A DNA stretch of 63,607 nt, the filler included, from Reclinomonas americana ATCC 50394 (taxonomy: Eukaryota), in the NCBI GenBank assembly GCA_048213135.1. It is 52 parts of 52 records of this genome, joined end to end, with 100 filler letters (N's around TTAATTAATTAA, not from the genome) between each part and the next. Parts side by side here need not be neighbours in the genome. Positions count along the whole stretch, not along the records: positions 24,569 to 25,694 come from AFZH01026386.1; positions 25,795 to 26,921 come from AFZH01026387.1; positions 27,022 to 28,148 come from AFZH01026388.1; positions 28,249 to 29,375 come from AFZH01026389.1; positions 29,476 to 30,601 come from AFZH01026390.1; positions 30,702 to 31,826 come from AFZH01026391.1; positions 31,927 to 33,051 come from AFZH01026392.1; positions 33,152 to 34,276 come from AFZH01026393.1; 44 more parts are not named here. One strand, 5' to 3'. Every line of letters starts with the position of its first letter. Within the stretch, counting starts at the first letter, position 1. This document shows positions 25,101 to 38,050 of this stretch, piece after piece. Under the pieces are notes generated by a model, which saw only the letters and a program-made list of their open reading frames with translations, searched no databases and was not told the DNA's origin. The position numbers were made by a program, and so were the translations under genes.

Positions 25101-25620
25101 CTGCGGTGATGGAGGGGGAAGAGTGAGTGAGAGAGCGGGAGGGAGAGAAAGGGAGAGGGAGAGAGATAAAGGGAGAGGTTTGACATGAACAAGAAAGAAC
25201 AGAAATGCGTTATAATATGAGACAACATGCAGAAGAGCGAGGAACAAGAAACGCTGAGCATGTCAGTGTCTCATGTCCGTGCTCCCCACAATGCTCTCTC
25301 TCTCTCTCTCTGTGTGCATGTCACTTGCTCTGCTTTCTTGCTTTCCAAATGACAGTTGTGCACTGAGGAGAAAACGGCTACGATTCACGCGACGGCATAA
25401 AAGCTCCACATATACCTCATTCTCTTCTCTCCGTTCTTATATCACTGATTGTGTTCAAGCACAACACGCAATCCCTCACGTCCTCGCAGTTATCCTCATC
25501 TGTGTTCTATCGCTCTCCTGCATGCGCGTGTTGCGCACTTGCATTCTCCTGGCACAATGACTCTCTCTCATCCCCGACAGAATCAACGCACTTCCCCACG
25601 GATCGCTGCGCAACGACTGC

Positions 25621-25690
<70 letters not shown>

Positions 25691-25846
25691 CACGNNNNNN
25701 NNNNNNNNNNNNNNNNNNNNNNNNNNNNNNNNNNNNNNTTAATTAATTAANNNNNNNNNNNNNNNNNNNNNNNNNNNNNNNNNNNNNNNNNNNNTCTCTC
25801 TCTCTCTCTCTCTCCCACCTCGTCTCGTCGTTCCTCGTCTCTCTCT

Positions 25847-25890
<44 letters not shown>

Positions 25891-25934
25891 GCATTTGCCA
25901 CCCTTCCTCTCACCCTCTGCCTCCCCCTCCTCAG

Positions 25935-26921
25935 CCATCCGCTCGGGCAACTTCCAGCACTTTCTCAAATCGCAGCCGCTCCTGTCGCCGCCCGAGTCGG
26001 AGCTGACGCCGGAAATGGCGTCGTTGCTGCGGGAGACGAGTGGAGCGGTGACGCGTCCATCGCCACCTCCTCTAGTGTCCTCGTCAGCGGCGCAACAGGA
26101 AAAGGAGGAGCTGTCGCCGGCGCAGGTTGTCGACATGCAAAAGCTCATCGACTCGTACTTTCAGAGCGAGGAGGGCGTCTTGTCGCACAACTTCAATTCG
26201 CAAAGTTGCATCTTTTTCTTTCTCTCTTTCGTTGTCTCCCTCCGGCTCACATACCTTTCAGGTGTGCGTCCGCCCATTGCCGATCTGCATCCGCCCGCGT
26301 TCCGCCGCCTCGTCGATCAGCGACGCGAACTGGAAGACGATGAGATTCCGTCGGCCGATGCCTACCTGCACCCGCTGGTCGAGGCCGAGCAGGTCGGCCA
26401 TCTCCCAGTGTTTCGTGCGATATGTCTATGTTACGAGTCCACTGACACACACCCACGCTGCGCACAGCCGCCGATCAAGCTGTCGCAGATTTCCCTCGCC
26501 GAGGCCGAGCGAGAGGAGGCCGCCATGGAAGTCAACCGAGTGCGGGACCTGCAGGAACACATGGAGCTGCAACGCGCGCGCGCCGAAGTCCGCCTGACTG
26601 CCACGGAGATGGCGCAGGAGAACTTGGTGCGATACCAGCAGCAGGCACGCGAGCAGCTGCGGAGAGAGGATCTCGACGACCTGAAAGAGGACATGCACCG
26701 TCACGTGGTTTTCCGTGAAGAGTTCTTCCGTCAGGTACTGTATTTGTGCTGTCTACATGGCTTGTTTGTTGATGCTCACCACGCACGGGTTCGCAGGAGG
26801 ACAAACTCAAGACGACACTGAAAAAGAAGGGCGCTGATTTGCGAACCCGCAACGCCGATAGCCTCTCCAGTTTCCTGGACGGCTCTGGCACGGTGGGTGC
26901 TCCTCGACACGCACACAAGCG
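25935..26921 (+). CDS. Multi-exon coiled-coil protein of unknown function (partial)
   Basis: Long open frame with short in-frame GT-AG introns and Glu/Arg-rich heptads (AEAEREEAAMEVNRVRDLQEHMELQR). Confidence 0.5.
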
Positions 26922-27074
26922 NNNNNNNNNNNNNNNNNNNNNNNNNNNNNNNNNNNNNNNNNNNNTTAATTAATTAANNNNNNNNNNNNNNNNNNNNNNN
27001 NNNNNNNNNNNNNNNNNNNNNCGCCCAAGGCATGAAAGACCGGGAGAATGGCGGTGGAGCATCCAGTGACGTAC

Positions 27075-28083
27075 CGGCCATCGAGAAGAGCAGATTTGGG
27101 TTGTCCTTGCTGTACACCGACACGAAGCTGTTGTCCCAGTCAAAAGTGGTGATGGAACGAGGCAGGCGGTTCTTCATCTCCCAGAAGGCGGCACGGCCGA
27201 GGTTGACATCGTGCTTCATGAGGCGCATGCGCGAATCGCGCGGCCAGCACTTCTTGTTGCGGTAGCCGACAAAGTTCTCGTTGTTGGGGTCCGGGTTCTC
27301 CGTCAGGTACCGCTGGATGAGGTCGCGGGCCTCCTCCGCCGTGAAGCGGAACAGCACGTGGATGCGATCAATGTACCTGGTGGTGGAACGGAAAGTGAGG
27401 AGAAGGGGAAGGGAGGAGAAGGGGGCGGGAGGAGAAGGGGAAGGCAGGAGGAAGGAGAAGGCAGGAGGAAGGGGAAGGGAGGAGAAGGGAAAGGGAAGAA
27501 GGGGAAGGTGAAGGAGTGGCGAGAGAGTACCAGGATAAGTGGCAAGTAAATGCAAGGAGAAGGGAAAACAGAAAAAACATAGGTGCGCAACCGTAAATGT
27601 GCCTTGGCACTTCTCCCCCAGTCCACTCACCTCGAGTACAGGCGCACGGGGTGCTTGGTCTCCGTGTGCACATCGCGGAACGCCAGGAAATCGTTGGGGA
27701 AGCTCGGCGGGCCGGCAATCTCGCTGGAGCGGCCGAGACCGAGCAGCAGCAAATCGCACATGAGGCCGTAGAACTGCACCATAAAGGAGGCGAATTGCAG
27801 GCCACGGATGATGCCGTACGAGTTGGTGTGCTGCATGTCCTTGTAGGAGATGACGACGTTGTTCTTGGCCGTCATGTAGTCCGCAATGTTGTGGTCCATG
27901 ATGAGGTGCAACATGCGGTTGAGCAGCGTCAAGTCGATCTTCTCGTACATCTTCTCCAGCGTCGTCTCCATCAGCACGACGCACTCGCCCGACGACGTGT
28001 CCCACACGTCGGTGAGGTTGTTGATGCCGGCGCACCACTTGTACACCAGCAGCGGAGCGGGTTCGGAATCGGCCGGCTTGATC
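27075..28083 (-). CDS. PRPF8: Pre-mRNA splicing factor Prp8, two internal exons (28083-27631, 27376-27075)
   Basis: [17 protein letters not shown]...IDLTLLNR...[28 protein letters not shown], then [13 protein letters not shown]...[14 protein letters not shown]...[12 protein letters not shown]. Confidence 0.98.
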
Positions 28084-30547
28084 CTGAAAGAGAGAAAAAG
28101 AGAGAATGAATCAAGTGAGAAGACTGTCACTTGAGACACAAGGGGCAGNNNNNNNNNNNNNNNNNNNNNNNNNNNNNNNNNNNNNNNNNNNNTTAATTAA
28201 TTAANNNNNNNNNNNNNNNNNNNNNNNNNNNNNNNNNNNNNNNNNNNNCCAAGCCGATTGGGCCCGAGCACGTTGCCAAAGCCGTGGCATTGTTTGCCAA
28301 TGCTCATGATGCATTTGTGCGCTTCGTGGACGCGATTGTGCAGGCACTCGTACTTGAAAGAGGTATGCGTGCAGTACAGTCAGGTTGCGTGCGTTTTCTT
28401 GCGTGCGACAGGACACTAACTTCACGATGCAGATTTTCTTTCCGATCGGGTGCAAGAGCAAATAGACGACGAAGAATTTGCGCTCTTTGTCGAGCGGACT
28501 CAAGCGTCGTTTATCGCACTGGAACGCGATGTGCACAAGAGCATGAACGAATGCAGTTGGGTCAACTATCGCTGTCTACGCGTGGGGATGTCAAGACGAT
28601 GTATTGACTCGCTGCTTTTGCGTTTCAGAGGACTGCTGCAGACGGCTCATGTGTGTCCTGTTTCCTTCTTCGCGCGGGAAGTCGAAGAAGGGAAAGAAGG
28701 GAAAGAAGGCCACGAAGGGCAAGTCGAAGAAGACGACGACCCGCGGAGTGCAAACTGCAGCGGGTCTGCAGTGCCTGTTGTTTGTTTTGCGTGACTATCG
28801 TGGTGCACTAACACAGTCGTTCGACGTACAGCACCCCCGGCTGCACCTGCACCTGCAGCAAGTGCCGCCTCTGGTGCGGCTGCTGTGGCACCGGCCGCAT
28901 GCGTTGTGCACTTCACGGATAAACTCCTTGAAGAGCACACGCAGCGAGTGGCGCAACACTTGCATGCTTACATGACTAAGCTTGCCGCGCTCGTTTCGTG
29001 CCGGCGCAGACGACACTGGAAATCAGTTGCAAGTGGATGCATTGACGACCTTTTGGCGGACCCAGCTGTTCTTGCCGCATGTGGTGTGATGGGCGAAGAC
29101 GAGCAGACCTTCGGGCGCGTGGTGGAGTTGATCACGCAAGCGCTCACACGACACACCGATAAGTTGCCCATGGCGTTTGCGAATCGCGTCGGTGCCAAGG
29201 GCGAGGCTACCGATGTCGTCATGGAAGGAGAGGAGGAGGAAGAGGAGGCGGAGGCGATGGTTGTCGACAAGGAGAAGGGCGACGACGACGACGAGGGTGA
29301 CGAGACGGACAAGGACAAGGGCAACGAGGGTGACAAGACGGACAAGGACAAGGGCGACGAGGAGGAGGAGGAGGANNNNNNNNNNNNNNNNNNNNNNNNN
29401 NNNNNNNNNNNNNNNNNNNTTAATTAATTAANNNNNNNNNNNNNNNNNNNNNNNNNNNNNNNNNNNNNNNNNNNNCCTTTTCTCTCTCTCACACACACAC
29501 ACGCACACACACACGCACACACACACACCCTTGTCGCTCGCTCTCTCTGCCTGCTTGACTGCTGCTCTGGCTGTTGTTGTTGACGTCTTCGCGCACTTGG
29601 CGACTGCTGTGTGTTCAGTGGCTGCGCATCGTCCTCTTCATGCTGTGTGGCAGTGGGAGGAAGTGGTGGGAGAGGTGGCGGAGGCCCGTTGCCTTCCATG
29701 CTCTCTGTTGCTCTCTCGGTTTGGCGAAAACTGGTGGCAATAAAAGGCGAAGTTCATTTAATTTTCAAGGCACTTGAAGAAGCAGCGGCGTTGATGGCCG
29801 AGACAAACCCTGTCCGCATCATCAACGTAGTCGACGTTGACGATGCGCAGCAAGAACTGTGGTGCGCATGGCCAGCCAGAGATCGCGATCGCGTGCGGTC
29901 GATATCAACGCAGCCATACGGTCTCCCGCACCCCTTCCCAACGTCGACGCAGTCGAACAAAGAGCACGATGCGCATCCAAATGCTCGACGGCAACACAAC
30001 GCCCATGCTGGCCCGCAACTTGTCGGCCAGCAGAACGTGGTAGATCTCGTACAGCAGCACTCGATGCAGCGTCCTCCGCGACAGGCCACGCAAGACGCCG
30101 CCAGGTGCAAGCATTTGCACAAGCGGCAACTCGGAACGGCAGTTGTGGTGGCTATCTCTACGATACGAGCGATCTCCATCTCCAACGACCACAGCGTCGA
30201 TCAGGTGGCGAAGCACGCCGACAGATGGCGCCGAGTTGCGAGAGTCCGGGGGAGCAATGGCGCAACTGAGTTGCACCAGTGGAAACGGCAATGAACGATC
30301 GAGCATACACTCGAGCTCGGTCGAGGCAAGAGCATACTCGCACTGATCGATCCAGGAGGACGTTGTGCACTCCGTAAGCGACAAGTGGAAACGATTTCTC
30401 GTGAGCGAAGACTGCAAGCAGACATGCCAGTGCGTCAAGAAAATGGGCCAGAGACAGATGACCGAGTTGCACGAGGAGTATTGGACTGAGAGTGAGACAG
30501 AAAGAGAGCTGCGAGGAGCAAGGGGAGAGAACACGAGAACGAAAAAC

Positions 30548-30597
<50 letters not shown>

Positions 30598-31222
30598 ATA
30601 TNNNNNNNNNNNNNNNNNNNNNNNNNNNNNNNNNNNNNNNNNNNNTTAATTAATTAANNNNNNNNNNNNNNNNNNNNNNNNNNNNNNNNNNNNNNNNNNN
30701 NGAGAGAGAGAGAGAGCCTCTGTTGTTTGCCTTCTCTCTCGTTGCTTGAGAGACTCTGTTTGGGCACTACACAGAGAACACGGGAGTAAATGGCATGAGG
30801 AGCAAGATGGGGGCAGGGGAGAATGCACACTGATTGAGAAAGCACAGTCAACGCGGAGAAGAATTGAACAAGAAGATCGCAGGCATTGATGAGAGATGCA
30901 TGCAGATTTGAGACGGGGCAAGGGAATGGAAGGCAAGGAGAGGGACGAGATTGTGGTCTGAGAGAGAGCAGCATGTGGTCAGAGGGCATCTCGCCTTTGC
31001 CAACTCTCCCTCATTCATCCCAGGCACCGCGCTGCCGCCTCGCGTAATCGACGTTCGCATGCGTTCTGCCAAGCGAGCGGATGCAGATGCGGGCGATGGC
31101 GAAGACGACGGTGATGATGATGACGATGATCGGGGTGCGCTCACTTTTGCATCTCCATCTCTTCTCTCTCTCCTCTTTCCCTTATACCGCGCCATGTCAC
31201 CACAGCCGAGTCTGTGCTGCAG

Positions 31223-31567
31223 GTGCCGCCGGCTGGCGACGACACCGGCGACGCTACCGCCGCGCCAGTGCGGTACTTTCACGGTCGCAAGATGACGGGT
31301 GTGGTGGTGGCGATGCCGCCGGGTTACACCGGCCTGGTGGTCGTGCCGGTGACCAAGAGGAGCAGCGGCGACGAGGGGGGTGACGAGGTGGAGAGCGTGT
31401 CGCTGCAGGCGTCGCATCGCGTCGACGGCTTCACCGCGTGGACGTGGGATCGCAGGAAAGAGCGACATCGTGAGGACGCTGTGCAGCATGCCGTCGCCGA
31501 CTGGCCACGGTATGCCGAGATGTTGCATGTGGACGATGCAGATGATGGTGAGGTGGTGAGTGAGTGA
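31223..31567 (+). CDS. RNASEH2C: Ribonuclease H2 subunit C, last exon
   Basis: YFHGRKMTGVVVAMPPGYTGLVV ... FTAWTWD ... DAVQHAVADWPRYAEMLH matches the FRGRxLxG...PxGYxGxV...W...H pattern. Confidence 0.75.
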   Translation: MPPAGDDTGDATAAPVRYFHGRKMTGVVVAMPPGYTGLVVVPVTKRSSGDEGGDEVESVSLQASHRVDGFTAWTWDRRKERHREDAVQHAVADWPRYAEMLHVDDADDGEVVSE

Positions 31568-33228
31568 GTGAAGTGGTTGATGTTTACAGAAACATGAGAT
31601 CCTCGAGTTGCTGTCGGTTCGCGTGCGGATGCCCCCACTGTCGTGGCATGGCGAGGCGACCGCCGCACAGGATGAGGGGTGCCGTGGTGTGCTCGAGCGT
31701 ACCGCGTGACGGTGCAGCGTCGACGTCAAACACATGCACCTTCACCAGCGTGCGAAACGACACGTGACGACGGCTGCGGTCCGTCGTGGCAGCGGAACGC
31801 TTGGTATGTAGCAGATGGAGAGGTGTNNNNNNNNNNNNNNNNNNNNNNNNNNNNNNNNNNNNNNNNNNNNTTAATTAATTAANNNNNNNNNNNNNNNNNN
31901 NNNNNNNNNNNNNNNNNNNNNNNNNNAGACGGAGCGACCACGACCTGCTCCACTCTTGGTGGAACCCGACAGGTGAGCGAAACCACACCTTTGTCCCACC
32001 GCTATGCCTTGTGTTCTCAATCAATCCATCGCCCCTCGCAGAGTACCCGGCTCCGCGAACGGCAGCAACGGCGATGGTGCGAACGGCAACCGCCACTCAT
32101 CGGCGGCGTTTCCGTACCTGTCGCGCTACTTTGCCGATGGCATGATCCCCGAGGTTTGTCGTTTTTTTGCGGCCTCCTCATGATTCATCATTTTTCGCTG
32201 ACCTGTCGCGGCAGTCGGTCGAGGCGAGTCCGGGCGAGGACCAGGAACCGACGACACCGCAGCTCGGCACGCCAACATCGCCCGCTCAAGGTAATCCACA
32301 TAGTGTCGTTCGGTCTCGTATCCGGCGATGAGACTCACTTTTTCTTCGTGCTGTGAATCGACGCAAATAGGCTTGTCTGGTCGTTCCGTGTCACCGGATC
32401 CGCGACGCAGCGGCAGTCAATTGCTGCCGCCGTTGCTTGCCAGTGCACGACGCGGGCTCAACGACGAGTGGGGTGACTCGCCGAGGGAGGACTCGCCGAA
32501 GAGTGCCGTCACCAACGACAGCAACACGACACATGACGACAGCACCGATCGCCATCCGGTAACCACCACTTCGCATTGCGAGACCAAAAATTGTGCTGTG
32601 TCTCGCCGCTCACTGTGTGCCTCCGCAGACCGTGGCGCAGGTCAACGGCCTGGCAATCCCGTCGCTTCCCATTCACGTGGTGCGCGAGGACTCGACTTCC
32701 AGCTTCTCACGCTCCACTCGTCGCAACGTCATGCCGGGAGCCATGACCCCGACACTATTGCCGTCGCCCGGTGACGTGTACGCTCAGGAGCGGCGAGGTT
32801 TGTGTCGTACAGAGAGATATGCACTCCACTTGTGACTCACGAGGGAGACGGGACGCAGCCTCCGTGGCTCAAACCATGATGCTGCTGGCCAATGGTCCCG
32901 GTGCAGCGGCCTCGGTGGGCGGCGACAGCGTCGTTTCCGCTCGTGCCATCACCGCCATTCAGGAAATGGAAATGTTGGCCACCAAACTCGGCCAGCTCTG
33001 TTGCGTGCAACCGTCTTCTCCCGCCCCACCAAGTGATGGCGTGCTCATTCANNNNNNNNNNNNNNNNNNNNNNNNNNNNNNNNNNNNNNNNNNNNTTAAT
33101 TAATTAANNNNNNNNNNNNNNNNNNNNNNNNNNNNNNNNNNNNNNNNNNNNATCAACGTCCCGCCGTTGCGTGCACTCTTTCTCCTCCCAATCCTCTTTG
33201 GTCGTAGTTCTTAATCGTGCCGATTGCA

Positions 33229-34261
33229 GGTGGCGCTGGTTTTCTGGCTTCCGCTCGCTCAGCCACTTGTATCTGAACAACAACAAGATCCACACGGTGG
33301 AGCTGGACGACATTGGACAAGGCGTCGCCCTGTGCCCCTCGCTGCGGCACTAGGAGATGGTGCGCACCGCTGTGCGCAGCCTCGACGATCTTTTCAAGTT
33401 GGCACGGTGAGCGAGAGATGAATGATAGCTGATTAAGTGAGAGTGGAGATGTGACCCTCCATTTCTTCCCGCACAGCAATGTGCGGGAACACATTCGAGT
33501 GCTTCGATTCAATGGCAACCCGTGCGTCAACTCGTTGCTGGAGCGCAAGTTGCGTCGTTTGGTTGTTCTCATCGTCGGCATTCGACACTGCGAGTTGACG
33601 CGTTTCGCCGCAGTGATCTGCTGCACGTTTCCATGGAGTACCGTTTCCGAATCATCGACATGTGCACGCAACTGGGCGATCTGGACGGTGTGCTCGTGAA
33701 TGCCGCCGAGCGCGTACTGAGCTCGTTGCGCATCTTTTTTTTCCTCGTTGTGGAATCCAGAGTCAGCGTCCGACTGTTCTTTCCCGTCCGTGCAGGTGGT
33801 TCAAGGAGAACAGCATGATGGAGCTGCACACTGCCTGCTGTCACTGCATGTCTCCCCGTGTGGAGGAGCAAGTGGATGCACTGAAAATCATTGGGTGTGT
33901 TTTCGTGTGCCTCACGTCACTATTCCATCATCATCTGACACTGCAGCTGTGCACTGCAGTGGCGCGGGCAACTTCCTCGACACCGCGCAACAGCTGTTCC
34001 TCAACGACAACATGGGCATCGTGTCGCGTGCCCTGTCCATGCAGAATGCACTCGGTGTCGAGCGTTGTTTGGCGGCCTTGTATCCGCTGCTCGCCGAGTT
34101 CCAAACTGTTGCGTACGGGTGTGACGCGTGCGCAGTGTTCACGCACGTCTTATTCGTCTGCTGCACAGGAACCACTCGTGCGTTGCATTTCGATCCAATT
34201 CCGAGAGCAGGGCGGTGCCTCGCGCGTACTGCAGTCGCTCTCGTTTGTCGCCTCGCGAGGT
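33229..34261 (+). CDS. Leucine-rich repeat protein with an LRRcap, multi-exon; one in-frame TAG at 33351
   Basis: FRSLSHLYLNNNKI, IRVLRFNGNPC and the cap EYRFRIIDMCTQLGDLDGVLVNAAER. Confidence 0.75.
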
Positions 34262-34386
34262 GAGCATTCAAGCGCGNNNNNNNNNNNNNNNNNNNNNNNN
34301 NNNNNNNNNNNNNNNNNNNNTTAATTAATTAANNNNNNNNNNNNNNNNNNNNNNNNNNNNNNNNNNNNNNNNNNNNAGGGAAGGTA

Positions 34387-34427
<41 letters not shown>

Positions 34428-34610
34428 ACAGTAAGAAGCGGAGAAATGCAACACACTCACTCTTCTCTCTCTTTGCACACGCACGCAGTGGGGAATGACA
34501 CTGACACAGAACAGAACAGGGAACACACGAGCTCACTTCTGCTCAACAGCAGCTGGCGATCTGATTAGTGGGACCCACATGACAAATCCTTTCTCCTCTC
34601 TTCTCTTCCC

Positions 34611-35501
34611 ATGACCACCTCCCTCCTCCACCCGCTCCTCCATTGGAACCACCACCACAGCATCATCAGACACGTTCTCCTCTCCCCCGACACACACCAC
34701 CTCTTCACCGTCGACTGCGACGGCGACATGAGTCTGCGCATGTGGTCTCTACTCACAGGAAGAGAAGAGCGCATCATCACCAGCTGCGTGCACGCACTGG
34801 CAGTGACACCCGACGGACATCACGTGGTCACTGGCGGCAAGGACTGTACTGTGCGCATGTGGGAGGTGAGCAGTGGACAAGAGGTCGCGTGCATGCACGG
34901 TCATGCGGCCATTGTGAGAACAGTGGCGGTCTCTGGCGACGGGCAGTGGGTGGTGAGTGGAGGCGACGACCGCACAGTGCGAGCGTGGCGATTGCCGTGG
35001 TGTGAATCATCATCTTCTGGTGTCGTTGTGCCGGCCACGTATGAAGTGGCGGCGGTCGCAGTGTGCGCCGACAATGAACACGCACTGTACAGTGACAAGC
35101 GCAGCGTGTGCATGTGGCGCATGGGCGATGGGCAGTGCGTGCAGCTGTGGAACTTGATCTTGGTGTCGTCGTTCAGCGTCGCTCCGAGTGGCGACTCTTT
35201 CGTGTATTGCGCGCTCGGCACCTGCGCGTCCTTTTCACTGCGCAGGGGCATGGTGACGCGCAAGTACCGGAGGTCGCAGCACCCGGGGAGCGTTGTGGGC
35301 AATGCCGTGCTGACACCGAACGGGCGTCACGTGCTTGGTCTGTGCTCCGGCGGGCTGCTGCAGGTGTGGTCGACGGCGACGGCGGAGATGGTCGACGCGA
35401 TCGAGACGAATGACAGGCACACGTCGGTGCGGGGGCAGACGCTGGCTGTGGCACGCGACGGGGAGTCTGTGGTCACATGTGACTCGCTGAAAGTGGTGCA
35501 T
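34611..35501 (+). CDS. WD40 repeat protein (partial)
   Basis: VHALAVTPDGHHVVTGGKDCTVRMWE and GHAAIVRTVAVSGDGQWVVSGGDDRTVRAWR. Confidence 0.9.
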
Positions 35502-36649
35502 NNNNNNNNNNNNNNNNNNNNNNNNNNNNNNNNNNNNNNNNNNNNTTAATTAATTAANNNNNNNNNNNNNNNNNNNNNNNNNNNNNNNNNNNNNNNNNNN
35601 NCGCTCTACACGCAGATCGGAGCACAACATCGGAGAGGCCGTCGTTCGCTCGTTCTAACGCACTATTGGGGTGGGTGGTGCGATGTTTGTGGGGGGAGAA
35701 AACAGTGTTCGAAAACTGCACGCAAATTTCGCGAATCCGGCGTGCTGTCGGGCGTATCCGGCCGGTGGCCGCATTCGTGCGTGCTTTCGCCCACTTCTTT
35801 CCCGCTGCTCCTGGTGTGCTACGGAGCGTCAGAGTACCTTCGTAGCACCCTCTCTGAGTCATTCTCGTTGAGCAGATTGACGCCTGATGTTTGTGTGATG
35901 AGTAGAGTGACGTTCGATTTACACTGCGCCACTGACCGCGAATTCGGTGCGTGCACGAGCGAATCCTGTGGGCGCGGGCGAATACGGCGAGACAAAGTTG
36001 ACCAGTTTTCTCGGTCATTTTTCACTCTCTTTCGACGGTTCTTGCGGCACTCGGCGTGCAATGGTCCAATGTACTCGGTGTGCACAGCAAGCCGGTGGAA
36101 AGTGGGTGTGTGTGTTGCAACATTTCAGACCGGAGTTTCACGCAATGCTTGTTCGACTCTCACACAGCACTGCATCTCGCTTTTCTCACCCTGTGTTTGT
36201 AGCCTCGTATCAAGAGCACCACTGGCATGCTCTCCAAACGCAGCAATGCAGCATGTGTGTGCGTGGCATGCTTCACTTCATTCTTTCATGTCTCACACGC
36301 ACAGACGCGCGCACATCATCCCGATTTGGAATGCGGTTCTTTTTCCCTTTTGTGTCGCCAACAGAGTCGCAGTGCACGTGGAGGCTGCAGTGCATGCGCA
36401 GGCGTGGTGCAGTGCTACTTAGTACAAGCTGCATGTGCAGGCGATGGTAATCATGACGGAAGAGTACGATGATCGATATCATTTGATAGTGGTCACCAAC
36501 AGCGACGCAGCAATCAACACCACTCAGTGCTGTGCGCCACGTGTAGCATGTGCAGACCACACGCAAGCTTGCAGGCACTGAACGTGAACCCGACATCATG
36601 ATGATGACGACATTATCATGAAAAATTAAATGATCGTCTCATTGCACGT

Positions 36650-36713
<64 letters not shown>

Positions 36714-36824
36714 GCGACCGACCGNNNNNNNNNNNNNNNNNNNNNNNNNNNNNNNNNNNNNNNNNNNNTTAATTAATTAANNNNNNNNNNNNNNNNNNNN
36801 NNNNNNNNNNNNNNNNNNNNNNNN

Positions 36825-36873
36825 TGACCGTGGCCCGCGGGCCGACCGGGACGGCGGTTCTCTTAGGAGTCAA
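36825..36873 (-). CDS. gpsA: Probable start of NAD(P)H-dependent glycerol-3-phosphate dehydrogenase
   Basis: TTG start overlapping the plsC end, giving MTPKRTAVPVGPRATV. The call rests mainly on the usual actinobacterial plsC-gpsA order. Confidence 0.45.
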
Positions 36874-37627
36874 GGCGCCCCGTCTCCTTCTGGCCGTGGC
36901 TCGCGGGATTCCAGCGCTCCGCGGGGGCCTTCTCGTCGCGCAACTGCTCGAGCAGGGCGGTGATCGCGTTCATGAGCCGTGTCGTCGCCTCGTTGAGCGC
37001 CGCCGGCTCACCTGCGCGAGCGCGCAGGTCGGAGACGTCGACCGGGTCGCCGATGAGCACCTGCACGGGCTTGCGCAGCGGCCAGAGGCTGAGGCCCTTC
37101 TGGTAGCGGCCCATGATGGCCTGCGTGCCCCATTGCGCCATAGGGATCAGCGGGATGCCGTCGGCGAGTGCCAGGCGCACCGCACCGGACTTGCCGCGCA
37201 TGGGCCACAGGTCGGGGTCGCGCGTGAGCGTGCCCTCGGGGTACACGATGACTCCGCGTCCGTGCTCGACGAGCTCGGCCGACTGCTTCATAGTCTGCTT
37301 CGCCGACGTCGCCGACGAGGTGCGGGCCACGGGGATCATCCCCGTGCGCTTGAGGAACCACCCCAGCACCGGCACCCGGAACAGGCTCTCCTTGGCCATG
37401 AACCGCGGGGCGCGGCCGGTGCGCCACACGGCGACCGACACGATCAGCGGATCGAACTCCGAGTAGTGATTCGGCGCGAGGACGAAGGACCCCTGCTGCG
37501 GCAGCTTCTCCGCACCCGAGACACTGATCTTCGCGATCAAGGCGACCGGCGGGATCACCAGCGCGGCGAGCGGCCAGAACACACTCGGCCGCGTCGTCTC
37601 CGTTGATCGGGAAGTCACCCGGGTCAC
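36863..37627 (-). CDS. plsC: Lysophospholipid acyltransferase (PlsC family), actinobacterial
   Basis: NHYSEFD (HxxxxD), FMAKESLF, YPEGTLTRDPDLWPMRGKSG. The start overlaps the murA stop (GTGA). Confidence 0.92.
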   Translation of the reverse strand: MTRVTSRSTETTRPSVFWPLAALVIPPVALIAKISVSGAEKLPQQGSFVLAPNHYSEFDPLIVSVAVWRTGRAPRFMAKESLFRVPVLGWFLKRTGMIPVARTSSATSAKQTMKQSAELVEHGRGVIVYPEGTLTRDPDLWPMRGKSGAVRLALADGIPLIPMAQWGTQAIMGRYQKGLSLWPLRKPVQVLIGDPVDVSDLRARAGEPAALNEATTRLMNAITALLEQLRDEKAPAERWNPASHGQKETGRLDS

Positions 37628-37950
37628 CGGATGACGTCGAAGTCGGCGCCGAGGGCGTCGAGCTTGGCCAGGAACTTCTCGTAGCCGCGGCTGAGGATGT
37701 CGACGCCGGAGACCTTCGACTCGCCGGTCGCGGTGAGCGCGGCGATGACGTGGCTGTATCCGCCGCGGAGGTCGGGAACGACGATGTCGGCGCCGTGCAG
37801 CGGCGTGGGGCCGGTGATGACGGCGGCCTGCTCGAGCTCGCGACGCGGGACACGGCGAGGGCCTGCCTGGAGTCCGTGCGGATGCACGACGATGTCAGCG
37901 CCCCATCTTGACCAGCGCGTCGGTGAAGCCCATCCGGTTCTCGTACACGG
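37624..37950 (-). CDS. murA: UDP-N-acetylglucosamine 1-carboxyvinyltransferase C-terminus (apparent +1 frameshift at 37901-37904)
   Basis: VYENRMGFTDALVKMG / ADIV ... DLRGGYSHVIAAL ... LSRGYEKFLAKL..LGA. Confidence 0.9.
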   Translation of the reverse strand, partial: PCTRTGWASPTRWSRWGADIVVHPHGLQAGPRRVPRRELEQAAVITGPTPLHGADIVVPDLRGGYSHVIAALTATGESKVSGVDILSRGYEKFLAKLDALGADFDVIR

Positions 37951-38050
37951 NNNNNNNNNNNNNNNNNNNNNNNNNNNNNNNNNNNNNNNNNNNNTTAATT
38001 AATTAANNNNNNNNNNNNNNNNNNNNNNNNNNNNNNNNNNNNNNNNNNNN

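Noticed and set aside
27075..28083. Possible intein or insertion in Prp8
   Set aside because: The interruption (27377-27630) is an ordinary GTGAGT...CAG intron with a pyrimidine-rich interior.
36830..37853. Long overlapping and antisense ORFs over plsC, MerR and other GC-rich genes
   Set aside because: Shadow ORFs caused by the scarcity of stop codons at high GC.
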